Shown here: positions 49,480 through 59,145 of the stretch, piece after piece
Position numbering within the stretch: position 1 is the first letter of the stretch
Layout: each line of letters begins with the position of its first letter
NCBI GenBank assembly: GCA_963842395.1
Contig: CAWJGJ010000002.1
Span: 1,397,720-1,461,719 of the forward strand
Length of the DNA stretch: 64,000 nucleotides
Direction: 5' to 3'
From: an uncultured Acidimicrobiales bacterium
Lineage (GTDB): Bacteria; Actinomycetota; Acidimicrobiia; Acidimicrobiales; VFJN01
Made by a program: the position numbers and the translations under genes
The notes under the pieces: model-generated
Database searches by the model: none
What the model was told of the DNA's origin: nothing
Seen by the model: only the letters and a program-made list of their open reading frames with translations

Positions 49480-49842
49480 GCAGCGGGGTATTCGGCACCA
49501 CCCGCCGCGCGGATGCGGCGCACCGCCTCCGGTGGGCGCGACCCACGTCTGCGCAGGTCACCGGATACGGACGCCGCCGGATCGGCGGGACGCGTGGCCC
49601 CGCCGGGCCCGACGCGGCGTGGCGGTCCCGTGCCGCTTCCGCGCCGGATGCGCCGCCTGCGTGCCGGCCGCCTGCGGGAACGCCAGCGCGGCCCCGCCTG
49701 GTCACGACCGGCGTAACGCGGCGGCGCCCCGCCGGGTGGGCCAGGCGCCGAGTGCCGGCTCACCCCGGCGGAGACGCCGGGCCGACCCGCCCGGAGGGAG
49801 GGGCCGGTCGGCGATCGATGCGGAGGTGGGCGTGGGCCCGCC

Positions 49843-50610
49843 TCAGGCGGGAACGGCGACCTCGCCCTGGCCGACGACCAGGGTGGGCGCCGGCGAGCCC
49901 CCGGCGGGCTCGTTGCTGATCGCGACCTGGGTCGTGCCCTCCGGCAGGGAGACCGCGACCTCGCGGTCACCGCCGGTGCCCAGGAGACCCAGCGACACGG
50001 GCTCGTCGCCGTCGGTCGACCAGAGCTGGTAGGTGCGGTCGGCGGGCAGGGCGGCCGCGTCGGTGAACTCGACCTGGGTGCCGTCCTCGCCCTGGGTCAC
50101 CACCGCGATCTCGCTGCCGGCGTCGGACTCGATGGTCCCGATCGCCACCTCGGGCGCCGGGTCGTCGCCCCCGCCCATCTCGCCCACGACGGCGACGCCG
50201 AGGCCGGCCACGACCACCACCGCGGCCGCGGCGGCCAGCACCCGGGCGAAGCGCCGGGGCGGGCGGGCCTGCCGACCGTCGCGGCGGTGCCGGGCCGACT
50301 CGAGGTCGGACAGGGGCGCCGCGCCGGCGTGCGGGGACGGCTCGTGATCGGGGGACGGCGCCGGCGTACGCGGCGCGGCCTCGGGCCGCGTCTCCTGCAC
50401 GATCCGGTCCCACACGGCCGCCGGCGGGCGCTCGTCGACGATCATCCGGGACAGGACCTCCTCGTGAGTGGCCAGCTCGCGGCGGCACGAGAGGCAGGTC
50501 GCCAGGTGCGACTCGATCGCCCGGCGCTCACTGCCGTCGACGGCGTCGAGGGCGTAGGCCGCCAGGGCGTCGCGGGGGTGGTCGCCGCCGGTGGGGTTCA
50601 CATAGCTCAT
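49843..50610 (-). CDS. rskA: anti-sigma-K factor RskA-like (zinc-binding N-domain, TM, RskA C-domain)
   Basis: The ATG overlaps the sigma-gene stop (ATGA at 50607-50610). It has an HLATCLSCRREL zinc motif, a central TM (VLAAAAAVVVVAGLGVAVV) and a C-terminal YQLWSTDG...SLGLL motif. Confidence 0.7.
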   Translation of the reverse strand: MSYVNPTGGDHPRDALAAYALDAVDGSERRAIESHLATCLSCRRELATHEEVLSRMIVDERPPAAVWDRIVQETRPEAAPRTPAPSPDHEPSPHAGAAPLSDLESARHRRDGRQARPPRRFARVLAAAAAVVVVAGLGVAVVGEMGGGDDPAPEVAIGTIESDAGSEIAVVTQGEDGTQVEFTDAAALPADRTYQLWSTDGDEPVSLGLLGTGGDREVAVSLPEGTTQVAISNEPAGGSPAPTLVVGQGEVAVPA

Positions 50611-51254
50611 GGCGTCAGCCCCTGTGCTTCGAGGGCGCGTCGCAGCCCGGCCAGACCCCGGCGTATGCGCGACTTGATCGTGCCCTCCGGGGCGCCGAGC
50701 AGCGCGGCGGTCTCGCGGTAGCTGTGGCCGCCGAAGTAGGCGAGGACGATCGCGTCGCGTTCGTCGGAGGCGAGGGTGTTGACGGCGCGGCGGACGTCGT
50801 CGGACAGCTGCGCGAGGTGCGCGGCGGCCTCGACGTCGGGCGACGGCGGGGGCGCGTAGTGGGCCTCGCGCTCCTGCCGGCGCTGGCGGGCCGTCTCGGA
50901 CCGCACCAGGTCGACGGCACGGGCATGCGCCTGCGCCACGAGCCAGGGCCGCAGCGCGCCGCGCGAGGGGTCGAACCGCTGGGGACGGCGCCACAGGTCG
51001 ACGAACACGGTCTGGGTGACGTCCTCGGCCATGGCGCGGTCGTTGCAGACGCGGCGGGCCACGCCCCAGACCGCACCCCCGTAGCGGCGGTACAGCTCGG
51101 CCAGCGCGTCGTGGTCGCCCGCCACGAGAGCGGCGACGAGCTCCTCATCCACCGGACCGGCCTGCCCGTCGGGCAGCCGCGCCACATCGACGCGTCGCGT
51201 GGGCAGCGCCGCGACCCCGACGTCGTCGGGGCTCTCGGCCGTGGTCACGAGCAT
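50607..51254 (-). CDS. sigK: ECF sigma factor (SigK-like)
   Basis: Region 2 is AELYRRYGGAVWGVARRV...AEDVTQTVFVDLWRRPQRFDP and region 4 is SYRETAALLGAPEGTIKSRIRRGL. The start is uncertain (51254 ATG preferred, ORF-track maximum 51341). Confidence 0.7.
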   Translation of the reverse strand: MLVTTAESPDDVGVAALPTRRVDVARLPDGQAGPVDEELVAALVAGDHDALAELYRRYGGAVWGVARRVCNDRAMAEDVTQTVFVDLWRRPQRFDPSRGALRPWLVAQAHARAVDLVRSETARQRRQEREAHYAPPPSPDVEAAAHLAQLSDDVRRAVNTLASDERDAIVLAYFGGHSYRETAALLGAPEGTIKSRIRRGLAGLRRALEAQGLTP

Positions 51255-51392
51255 GACCCTGGCCACATGCTGCTTGGGGACTGCCGTCGGACGCGGAACA
51301 TCTCGACGGGCATTCGGCGCCACCTGCGAACCGGATGACAAAAGCGGAACGCATGGTGGGACAGCCCACCGATCCTGCCACCATGGTCGACC

Positions 51393-53006
51393 ATGTTGTC
51401 AGTACGTGGGCTCACGGTCGAGATCGGGGGCACCCTCCTGGTCGAGGGTGCCGGTTTCACCGTGCGCGCCGGCGATCGGGTCGGCCTGGTCGGCCGCAAC
51501 GGCGCAGGGAAGACATCGCTGCTCCGGGTCCTCGGCGGCATGTCGGCACCCAAGGCGGGCGTGATCCAGCGCCCGCAGGCGTTCGGGTACCTGCCCCAGG
51601 ACCCGCGTCTCGACAACATGTCGCCGACGGTCTCGGCGCTCACCCACGTGCTGGGCGGCCGGGGGCTCGACGAGCTGGCCGCCCGCATGGAGGAGCTGCG
51701 CCGCAAGATGGAGGCCCAGCCCGGCGACGAGCGCCTGGTGACCAAGTGGAGCCGCGCCCACGACGCCTTCGAGCACGCCGGCGGCTACGCGGCCGAGTCC
51801 GAGGCCAAGCGCCTGCTGGCCGGTCTCGGCCTGCGCTGCGACCGGGCCGAGCGGCCCATCGCCGTGCTGTCGGGCGGCGAGCGCCGCCGGGTCGAGCTCG
51901 CCCGCATCCTGTTCGGCGGCAACGACCTCCTGCTGCTCGACGAGCCCACGAACCACCTCGACAACGACGCCCGCGAGTGGCTGCTCGACTACCTCCGGGC
52001 TTACCGGGGCGCCCTGGTGGTGGTGAGCCACGACCTCGAGCTGCTCGACGAGTCCATCACCCGCGTCCTCCACCTCGACCGCCCGGGCGAGGCCGACGTG
52101 GGCGAGGTCACCGAGTACAAGGGCACCTACTCGCAGTACAAGGCGGCCCGCGAGCGGGACGAGCTGCGGCTGGCGCGCATCGCCGCCCGCCAGCAGACCG
52201 AGATCGCCCGGCTGCAGACGTTGGTCGACCGGTGGGGTGCCAAGGCCAGCAAGGCCGCGTTCGCCCGGTCGCTGGAGACCCGCATCGACCGCATCCGCCG
52301 GGACGGGGTCGAGGCGCCGACCGCCCGCCGGGGCCTGCGGCTGCGCCTGCCCGAACCCCCGCCGTCGGGCCGGACGTCGGTGAACGTCCGCGGCCTGGCC
52401 AAGAGCTACGGCGACGGTCCCCCGGTGTTCCAGGACCTGGACTTCGAGATCGGCCGGGGCGAGCGCCTGCTGGTTCTGGGCCTCAACGGCGCCGGCAAGA
52501 CCAGCCTGCTGCGCATCCTGGCCGGCAGCACCGATGCCGACGAGGGCTCGGTCGACTGGGGCCACCAGGTCACCGTCGGCTACTACGCGCAGGAGCACGA
52601 GGGCATCCGCGCCGGGGCGTCGCTGCTCGACCACATGGCCGAGGCCTCGCCGGGCCAGGGCGACCAGCTGCGGCGGCGGCTGCTCGGCATGTTCGGCCTC
52701 AGCGGCGACAAGGTGCACCAGGACGCCGCCACCCTCTCCGGCGGCGAGAAGACCAAGCTGGCGCTGTCCCTCCTGGTCGCCGGACGCCACAACCTGCTGC
52801 TGCTCGACGAGCCGACCAACAACCTCGACCCGCCGTCGCGGGAGGCCGTGGCCGCGGCACTGGCCAGCTGGGGCGGCACGATGGTGATCGTCAGCCACGA
52901 CGTCGGCTTCGTGCGGGACCTCGCCCCCGACCGGGCGCTGCTCATGCCCGAGGGCGAGGGCGACCACTGGTCGGACGACCTCCTCGACCTCGTCGACCTG
53001 GCCTGA
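51393..53006 (+). CDS. ABC-F family ATPase (two ABC domains, no TM)
   Basis: 537-aa intact ORF. It has two Walker A motifs (GRNGAGKTS, GLNGAGKTS), two LSGGE signatures and a charged linker between the domains. Confidence 0.9.
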   Translation: MLSVRGLTVEIGGTLLVEGAGFTVRAGDRVGLVGRNGAGKTSLLRVLGGMSAPKAGVIQRPQAFGYLPQDPRLDNMSPTVSALTHVLGGRGLDELAARMEELRRKMEAQPGDERLVTKWSRAHDAFEHAGGYAAESEAKRLLAGLGLRCDRAERPIAVLSGGERRRVELARILFGGNDLLLLDEPTNHLDNDAREWLLDYLRAYRGALVVVSHDLELLDESITRVLHLDRPGEADVGEVTEYKGTYSQYKAARERDELRLARIAARQQTEIARLQTLVDRWGAKASKAAFARSLETRIDRIRRDGVEAPTARRGLRLRLPEPPPSGRTSVNVRGLAKSYGDGPPVFQDLDFEIGRGERLLVLGLNGAGKTSLLRILAGSTDADEGSVDWGHQVTVGYYAQEHEGIRAGASLLDHMAEASPGQGDQLRRRLLGMFGLSGDKVHQDAATLSGGEKTKLALSLLVAGRHNLLLLDEPTNNLDPPSREAVAAALASWGGTMVIVSHDVGFVRDLAPDRALLMPEGEGDHWSDDLLDLVDLA

Positions 53007-53037
53007 GAGGGTCTGAGGAGAGGTACGCCGCTGCGGA

Positions 53038-53058
53038 TTCGGCGGCTTCGCCGCCGAA
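53038..53058 (+). terminator. stem-loop downstream of the ABC-F gene
   Basis: 9-bp stem TTCGGCGGC/GCCGCCGAA with loop TTC. Confidence 0.35.
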
Positions 53059-53167
53059 GGTCGAACGACGCTGTATCTCCGCTCCTGGCGCCTGCGGCGC
53101 CGGGCCGCTGGGCCCCGGCTGGACGACGGCTCGACGGTCGCCGGGCGGCGGCTACGGTCGGCGGCGC

Positions 53168-54034
53168 ATGGATGTGCACCTGGTCGACGGCACCTACGAG
53201 CTGTTCCGCTACCACTTCGCCCCCAACAACCGCGATCCCGACCGGGGGGCCACGACAGGCGTGCTGGCCACGCTGCTCCAGCTGGTGGCCGACGGCGCCA
53301 CCCACGTCGGGGTGGCCACCGACCACGTCATCGAGTCGTTCCGCAACGACCTGTGGCCGGGCTACAAGTCGTCGGCCGGCATGCCCCGCGAGCTGCTGGC
53401 CCAGTTCCCGCTCGTGGAGGCCGCCATGGAGGTGGCCGGGTTCGTGGTGTGGCCCCAGGTCACCCACGAGGCCGACGACGGCATGGCCGCGGCGGCGGTG
53501 ATGGCGGCCGCCGACGAGCGGGTCGAGCGGGTGGTGATCTGCACGCCGGACAAGGACCTCGGCCAGTGCGTCGGCGGCAAGGTGGTCCAGCTCGACCGGC
53601 GCAAGGGCCAGTTCTTCGACGCCGCCGGGGTCGAGGAGCGGCTGGGCGTACAGCCTGCGTCGATCCCCGACCTGCTGTCACTGGTGGGCGACTCGGCCGA
53701 CGGCTTTCCCGGCCTGCCCGGCTGGGGCGCCAAGTCGGCGGCCTCGGTCCTGCGCCGCTGGGGCCACCTCGAGGACATCCCGGCCGACCCCACGACCTGG
53801 GACGCGGGCGTGCGCGGCGCCGCCAAGCTCAACGCCGTGCTGCGCGACCAGTTCGAGCTGGCCCTGCTGTTCCGCCGCATCGCCACCGTCGAGACCGACG
53901 CGCCGGTCAGCGCCACGGTCGACGAGCTGCGCTGGACCGGCCCGCCCGACCCGGAGGGCTTCGCCGCCCTGTGCGACAAGCTCGGCGCCCCCCACCTGGT
54001 CCCCCGCGCCGCCTCTCTCGCCGCCGGGACGTGA
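53168..54034 (+). CDS. 5'-3' exonuclease / flap endonuclease (Pol I N-terminal-domain-like)
   Basis: 288 aa with LVDGTYELFRY, EADDGMAAAA, TPDKDLGQCV and a helix-hairpin-helix segment LSLVGDSADGFPGLPGWGAKSAASVL. Confidence 0.85.
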   Translation: MDVHLVDGTYELFRYHFAPNNRDPDRGATTGVLATLLQLVADGATHVGVATDHVIESFRNDLWPGYKSSAGMPRELLAQFPLVEAAMEVAGFVVWPQVTHEADDGMAAAAVMAAADERVERVVICTPDKDLGQCVGGKVVQLDRRKGQFFDAAGVEERLGVQPASIPDLLSLVGDSADGFPGLPGWGAKSAASVLRRWGHLEDIPADPTTWDAGVRGAAKLNAVLRDQFELALLFRRIATVETDAPVSATVDELRWTGPPDPEGFAALCDKLGAPHLVPRAASLAAGT

Positions 54035-54077
54035 GGTAGGCGAGGACCTCGACGACGCGCTGCCGGCCGACCTGTTC

Positions 54078-54281
54078 GTGCGGGCACCTCTGCCGTGGGC
54101 GGCGGCGTTCCTCGCCGGCAAGTGCTTCCTCGACTACCGCCGCCGCGGCGGCACCCGGCGGTCGCCACTGCCCGACCTCTTCATCGGCGCGCATGCCGCC
54201 GTGCACGGGCTGCGGCTCGTCACCCGCGACGCGGCCCGCTACCGCACCTACTTCCCGCGGGTCGAGGTCGTGGCTCCGTGA
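54078..54281 (+). pseudogene. 5'-truncated VapC (PIN-domain) toxin remnant
   Basis: Only the C-terminal part is present (...AGKCFLDYRRRGGTRRSPLPDLFIGAHAAVHGLRLVTRDAARYRTYFPRVEVVAP). The N-terminal half with the first catalytic Asp is missing, and the upstream frame runs into the exonuclease gene. No antitoxin gene is seen. Confidence 0.6.
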
Positions 54282-54300
54282 CCGATGCGGATCGTCACGC

Positions 54301-55194
54301 TCAGGCGAGCGGGCCGGTGATCCGGAGCGCCGCGAGCTTGTCGGGGTTGACGACGGTGTAGACCTCGCGCACCTTGCCGCCCTCGACGGCGGTCGCCATG
54401 GCCAGGACCGGGCGGTCGTCGGCCAGGACCAGCAGGCCGGGCAGGCCGTTGAGCTCGACGCGCCGGAACGTGACGGCCTCGCGGAACCCCCGCTTGGTCA
54501 GGTTGATCATCAGCCGGCTCACGCGATCCGAGCCGACGACCGGCCGGCGCGCGGCGTGGGTCGTGGGACCGCCGTCGCTCACGAGCACGACATCGGGGGC
54601 GAGCAGCGAGATGACCCGGTCGGTCTGGCCGCCGGCCAGGGCGACGACCAGCTCCTCGGCCACCCGGTCGGCATCGGGCGGCGACCGGTGCCGCGTCGCG
54701 CCCGCCCGCACCCGGCGGCGGGCCCGGGTGGCGATCTGGCGGCACACGTCCGGCGTCTTGTCGACGATGCCGGCGATCTCGGGGAAGGGCACGGCGAACA
54801 CCTCGGCGAGCACGAACACGGCCCGCTCGACCGGCGTGAGCGCCTCGAGCACCCGCAGGAAGCCGAACGTGAGGGACTCCGCGAGCTCGGTCATCTCCGC
54901 CGGGTCCTCGGCGGCGTCGGTGACGACCGGCTCCGGCAGCCACGGGCCCACGTAGGTCTCGCGCCGGCGCTGCGCCGAGCGGAGGTGATCGAGCGCCAGG
55001 CGGGACACCACGGTCGTCAGCCACGCCGCCGGTCGCTCGATCGTCCCGGGATCGACCCGGCGGGCGCGTTCCCAGGCATCCTGCACGACGTCCTCGGCGT
55101 CGACGCGGGAGCCGGTGATCCGGTAGGCCAGGCCCACCAGCCGCGGCCGCTCGGCGGCGAGGGCGTCGACGACGGCGCCCGACCCGTCACCCAT
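54301..55194 (-). CDS. ECF sigma factor with C-terminal SnoaL-like extension (SigJ/ECF41 type)
   Basis: Region 2 is LVGLAYRITGSRVDAEDVVQDAWER and region 4 is PFPEIAGIVDKTPDVCRQIATRARRRV. An extension of about 110 aa ends ...VVNPDKL. ATG 55194 overlaps the upstream gene by 8 nt. Confidence 0.8.
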   Translation of the reverse strand: MGDGSGAVVDALAAERPRLVGLAYRITGSRVDAEDVVQDAWERARRVDPGTIERPAAWLTTVVSRLALDHLRSAQRRRETYVGPWLPEPVVTDAAEDPAEMTELAESLTFGFLRVLEALTPVERAVFVLAEVFAVPFPEIAGIVDKTPDVCRQIATRARRRVRAGATRHRSPPDADRVAEELVVALAGGQTDRVISLLAPDVVLVSDGGPTTHAARRPVVGSDRVSRLMINLTKRGFREAVTFRRVELNGLPGLLVLADDRPVLAMATAVEGGKVREVYTVVNPDKLAALRITGPLA

Positions 55195-56545
55195 GGGCCG
55201 CCAGCCCGGTGCCGAGGTCCGGACCGCCGGAGCCGGCACCGTTGCCGGCACCCGCGCCGCCCCCGGTCGTCGCCGCCGCGGCCCGGTCGGCGGCGAGCCG
55301 CCCCGCGGCCTCGCCCGACACCAGCGCGGCGTCGGCCAGGTGCCCGGTGGGACCCACCCAGTCGCCGGCGGCGAAGACGCCGTCGAGGCCGGTGTCGACC
55401 ACGCCGGGGCGGCCGGCCATCCCGCCGGTCTCCGGCGTCGGCAGCGCGCCGCAGGCCACCATGCGGTGCAGGTAGCGGACGCGCTCGGCCTCGTCGGGCT
55501 CGATGCCGGCCAGCCGTGCGTGCCCCTCGAGCTCGCCGCGCAGCTCGGCGGCGGAGGTGGTCTCGTCCGCGTGCAGGTAGCGCAGGGCGTGGACGACCGC
55601 GGCGCCGGGGGGCGCCAGCTCGGCGGGCGGCCCGTGGGGGATCAGGTAGAGCGGCCGGTCGAGGCCCAGCAGCGCACCCGTGGGCGGGCGGGAGGCCAGT
55701 CCCATGTCGAGGCACGCGGCCCGCACGGGCGGGGCGAGCGCCTGCCAGGCCGGCGGCGACGTCGGGAGGACGGCGGCGCACGCCTCCGGGGTGCCGGCGG
55801 CCACGACCGCCGCGGCCGCGACGATCACGCGCTCGGCCCCACCGTCGTCCACGGTGACCCGCACGCGACCGCCGTCCGGCACCACCGACCGGGCCGGCGC
55901 CGCCGACGCCTCGACGCCGTGGCGACGGCCGGCACCCGCCAGCCCGTCCACCAGCGTCACCCAGCCCCCGTGCAGGTAGTCCACGTTGCCCACCACCGCC
56001 AGGTGCACCTGCACGGCGACCAGGTCGGCCGACACGCGGTCGAGGTCGGCGACGTAGGCCGCGGTGCGGGAGAGCATCTCGACCACCTCGCGGGCGCCAC
56101 CGTCCAGGCCCAGCTCGTCGAACCAGGCCGCCGCCGTCCGGTCGGCCAGGCCCCGGGGGCGGAGCCGGGGGAGCAGCGCCGCCACCCGGGCCAGGCGTGC
56201 CAGGTCGTGGCGCGACACCAGCGGGGTGCGGACCGCCGACAACGGGCCCAGCGGCAACGGGGCCACCACGTCGCCGCGCCGGCCGCGGGCGTGCAGCAGC
56301 GGCGGCCGCTTGCCCGTCACCCGCACGCCCAGCCGGCCGAGCACCGCCCGGCCCGCGCCCCGCCGGTACAGCGCGTGGGCGCCGCGGTTGAAGCGGAACC
56401 GGCCCACCTGGTCGGTGCCCGCCCGGTTGGCCCCGGGGTGGCCGTCGAGCACCAGCACCGAGCGGCCGGCCGACGCGGCGGTCGCGGCCGCCGTCAGCCC
56501 GGCCAGGCCGCCACCGACCACCACGACATCAAGCTGCTCGTCCAT
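55187..56545 (-). CDS. FAD-dependent oxidoreductase (phytoene-desaturase / amine-oxidase-like)
   Basis: 452 aa with dinucleotide-binding start LDVVVVGGGLAGLTAAATAASAGRSVLVLD. It is co-oriented with and overlaps the ECF41 gene. Confidence 0.75.
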   Translation of the reverse strand: MDEQLDVVVVGGGLAGLTAAATAASAGRSVLVLDGHPGANRAGTDQVGRFRFNRGAHALYRRGAGRAVLGRLGVRVTGKRPPLLHARGRRGDVVAPLPLGPLSAVRTPLVSRHDLARLARVAALLPRLRPRGLADRTAAAWFDELGLDGGAREVVEMLSRTAAYVADLDRVSADLVAVQVHLAVVGNVDYLHGGWVTLVDGLAGAGRRHGVEASAAPARSVVPDGGRVRVTVDDGGAERVIVAAAAVVAAGTPEACAAVLPTSPPAWQALAPPVRAACLDMGLASRPPTGALLGLDRPLYLIPHGPPAELAPPGAAVVHALRYLHADETTSAAELRGELEGHARLAGIEPDEAERVRYLHRMVACGALPTPETGGMAGRPGVVDTGLDGVFAAGDWVGPTGHLADAALVSGEAAGRLAADRAAAATTGGGAGAGNGAGSGGPDLGTGLAAHG

Positions 56546-56602
56546 GTCGTCTCCTCCTCGTCACCTACCTGACGCCGGAGGGACCGCGACTGTGACCGCC
56601 GG

Positions 56603-57922
56603 TCAGCCGTTCTTGGGCAGGTCCTTGAACGGCGTGCCCTTCTCGAAGCCGGGCTCCTTGGGCAGGCCCAGCACCCGCTCGCCGATGATGTTGCGCTGCA
56701 CCTGGTCGGTGCCGCCGTAGATGGGCGGGCCCTGGGCGAACAGCGCCATCTCGGTGATGCCCGACAGGAACGGCTGCCCGGTGGCGCGGTCGAGCGCCTT
56801 GCGATCCTCGGGGTCGTAGGCGTGCAGGGTGCCGTAGCCGCCGGCGATGGCGAGGCCCACGTCGCGCGACAGGCGCACGGTGTTGCTCATCAGCAGCTTC
56901 GAGATGTTGGGCAGGCCGGGGATGTCCTGGCCCGCCTGCATCGCCGCCTTGAGGCGCAGGTTGTTGAAGCGGGCCACCTCGCCGATGGTGTGGAGCTTCA
57001 TGAGGTCCTGGCGGATGGCGGGGTTGTCGATCGTGCCGTTGCCCTTGGCCAGCTGGATCAGTCCCTTGGACGAGGCGCCGAACAGGGTGCCGCCCCCGCC
57101 GCCGCGCCGCCCGCCGCTGGTGACGAAGTCGCCGGCCCGCTTGTCGAGGTCGCCGGCGATCTGCCCCGGGCTGGCCAGCGAGGCCGCCGCCGAGCCCCCG
57201 CCCGCGCCCAGGCTGGACCGCTCGAACATGAGGGTGGTGTTGGCCACGCGCCAGCCGTTGTTGAACCCACCGATCATCGAGTCGTCCCGCACGCGGGCGT
57301 CGGTCAGGAAGACCTCGTTGAACAGGGCCCGGCCGGTCATCTCGCGCAGGGGGACGACCTGGACGCCCGGCTGGGCCATCTCGCACACGAAGTAGGTGAT
57401 GCCGGCGTGCTTGGGCTGGTCGGGGTCGGTGCGGGCGATGAGCATGCCCAGGTCGGCCACGTGGCCACCGGAGGTCCACACCTTCTGGCCGTTGACGACC
57501 CACTCCTCGCCGTCCTTCACGGCCCGGGCGTTGAGCCCCGCCAGGTCGGAGCCGGCGCCGGGCTCGCTGAAGAGCTGGCACCAGGCCCGCTGGCCGGTGA
57601 CGATGTCCCGGAGGTAGCGGGTCTTCTGCTCGTCGTCGCCGTGCACGGCGATGGTGGGGCCGGCCAGCATGAGGCCGAGGCCGCCGGGCGCGGGCAGGGC
57701 GCCGAACTCGGTGACGGCCTGCTGGACGCGCACACCCTCGGCCCGGCTCAGGTCCCTGCCGAACCACGCCGACGGCCACGTGGGCACGGCCCAGCCCGAG
57801 GTGCCGAGGCGCTCCCACCAGTCGGCCACCGTGAGGTCGGGATCCCAGTTCTCGGCCAGCCAGTCCTTCACCTCGGCGACGGGGTCGCCGCTGGTGGTGG
57901 TGCGATCGACGGTGTCGGTCAT
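56603..57922 (-). CDS. acyl-CoA dehydrogenase family protein
   Basis: Start at ATG 57922 (MTDTVDR). It carries CQLFSEPGAGSDLAGL, WVVNGQKVWTSGG and a C-terminal IYGGTDQVQRNIIGERVLGLP. Confidence 0.85.
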   Translation of the reverse strand: MTDTVDRTTTSGDPVAEVKDWLAENWDPDLTVADWWERLGTSGWAVPTWPSAWFGRDLSRAEGVRVQQAVTEFGALPAPGGLGLMLAGPTIAVHGDDEQKTRYLRDIVTGQRAWCQLFSEPGAGSDLAGLNARAVKDGEEWVVNGQKVWTSGGHVADLGMLIARTDPDQPKHAGITYFVCEMAQPGVQVVPLREMTGRALFNEVFLTDARVRDDSMIGGFNNGWRVANTTLMFERSSLGAGGGSAAASLASPGQIAGDLDKRAGDFVTSGGRRGGGGGTLFGASSKGLIQLAKGNGTIDNPAIRQDLMKLHTIGEVARFNNLRLKAAMQAGQDIPGLPNISKLLMSNTVRLSRDVGLAIAGGYGTLHAYDPEDRKALDRATGQPFLSGITEMALFAQGPPIYGGTDQVQRNIIGERVLGLPKEPGFEKGTPFKDLPKNG

Positions 57923-58044
57923 CGGTACCTCTCGTGCGTGGTCGTAAGGACGGGGCGCAGCACCCAGGCCCCACCAGCGGACCACGTCTTGACCCGCGGG
58001 TCAAGCTGGGTTCGGAGGGGCCGAAGAGCCTCGGCCGGGTCGGC

Positions 58045-59127
58045 TCACGGCTCCGGGATGCCGAAGATGCTCGACAGCTCGGCGGGGGCGACGGCCTCGA
58101 GCTGGTCGTAGGTGCACTCGGCCGGCAGCTTGTCGTCCCGCCAGCGCAGCAGGCGCGACGCATGGCGGAAGCGCCCGCCCATCACGTGCTCGTAGCGCAC
58201 CTCCGCCACCCGCTCGGGTCGCAGCGGCTCCCAGGTCAGGTCCTTGGTCGCGTTCCAGCGACTGGGCGCGCCCGGCATCAGGCGCCCGCTCTCGTGGGCC
58301 TGGGCCTCGGCCCACGCCCGCCACGGGTGCCCCACCAGCGCGTCCTCGCGCAGCGGGGCCACCTCGTCGACCAGCTCGCGCCGCCGGACGGCCGTGAACG
58401 ACGTGGCGACGCCGACGTTGTGCAGGTCGCCGTCGTCGTCGTACAGCCCGAGCAGCAACGACCCGATGCCCTCGCCGTCCTTGTGCCAGCGGAACCCCGC
58501 CACCACCGCGTCGGCCGTCCGCTGGTGCTTGACCTTGAGCATGGTGCGCTTGTCCTGCTCGTAGGGCCCGCCCGACGGCTTGGCCATCACCCCGTCGAAG
58601 CCGGCGCCCTCGAAGCGGTGGAACCAGTCCTCGGCCACGTCGGGGTCGTCGGTCACCGGGGTGACCCGCACGTCCGGCCGCTGCTCGCCCGGCACCGCCG
58701 ACTCCAGCAGCGCCCGGCGCTCGGCGAAGGACAGGGGGCAGAGGTCGCGGTCGTCGAGCGCCAGCAGGTCGAACGCCACGAACGACGCGGGCGTCTCCGC
58801 GGCCAGCCGGTTGATGCGCGAGCTGGCCGGGTGGATGCGCTGCTGCAGCGCCTCGAAGTCGAGGCCGTCGGCGGTGACGACGACGATCTCGCCGTCGACG
58901 ACGCAGCGCGGCGGCAGCACGGCCAGCAGCGCGTCGACCAGCTCGGGGAAGTAGCGGGTGAGCGGGCGGTCGTTGCGGCTGCCGAGCTCGACCTCGTCGC
59001 CGTCACGGAACACGACGCAGCGGAAGCCGTCCCACTTGGGCTCGAACATCAGCCCCGGTTGCCGGGGCACCTCGTAGATCGCCTTGGCGAGCATGGGCTT
59101 CACGGGCGGGGAGACAGGCAGGTGCAC
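58045..59127 (-). CDS. ATP-dependent DNA ligase (LigC-like, ligase-only)
   Basis: GTG 59127 (VHLPVSPPVKPMLAK). The adenylation motif I is EPKWDGFRC, with further motifs GEIVV and MLKVKHQRTAD and an OB-fold tail RFRHASRLLRWRDDK. 360 aa. Confidence 0.85.
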   Translation of the reverse strand: MHLPVSPPVKPMLAKAIYEVPRQPGLMFEPKWDGFRCVVFRDGDEVELGSRNDRPLTRYFPELVDALLAVLPPRCVVDGEIVVVTADGLDFEALQQRIHPASSRINRLAAETPASFVAFDLLALDDRDLCPLSFAERRALLESAVPGEQRPDVRVTPVTDDPDVAEDWFHRFEGAGFDGVMAKPSGGPYEQDKRTMLKVKHQRTADAVVAGFRWHKDGEGIGSLLLGLYDDDGDLHNVGVATSFTAVRRRELVDEVAPLREDALVGHPWRAWAEAQAHESGRLMPGAPSRWNATKDLTWEPLRPERVAEVRYEHVMGGRFRHASRLLRWRDDKLPAECTYDQLEAVAPAELSSIFGIPEP

Positions 59128-59145
59128 GAGCGCGGAGCGTAGGAG

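Noticed and set aside
49480-49842. Possible riboswitch (for example a Moco-type RNA) in the 363-nt GC-rich region upstream of the molybdoenzyme gene.
   Set aside because: I could not recognise the conserved motif nucleotides or a convincing multi-stem architecture by eye. Without a covariance-model scan the claim is unsupported. The spacer is more simply a promoter/5'-UTR region after rskA.
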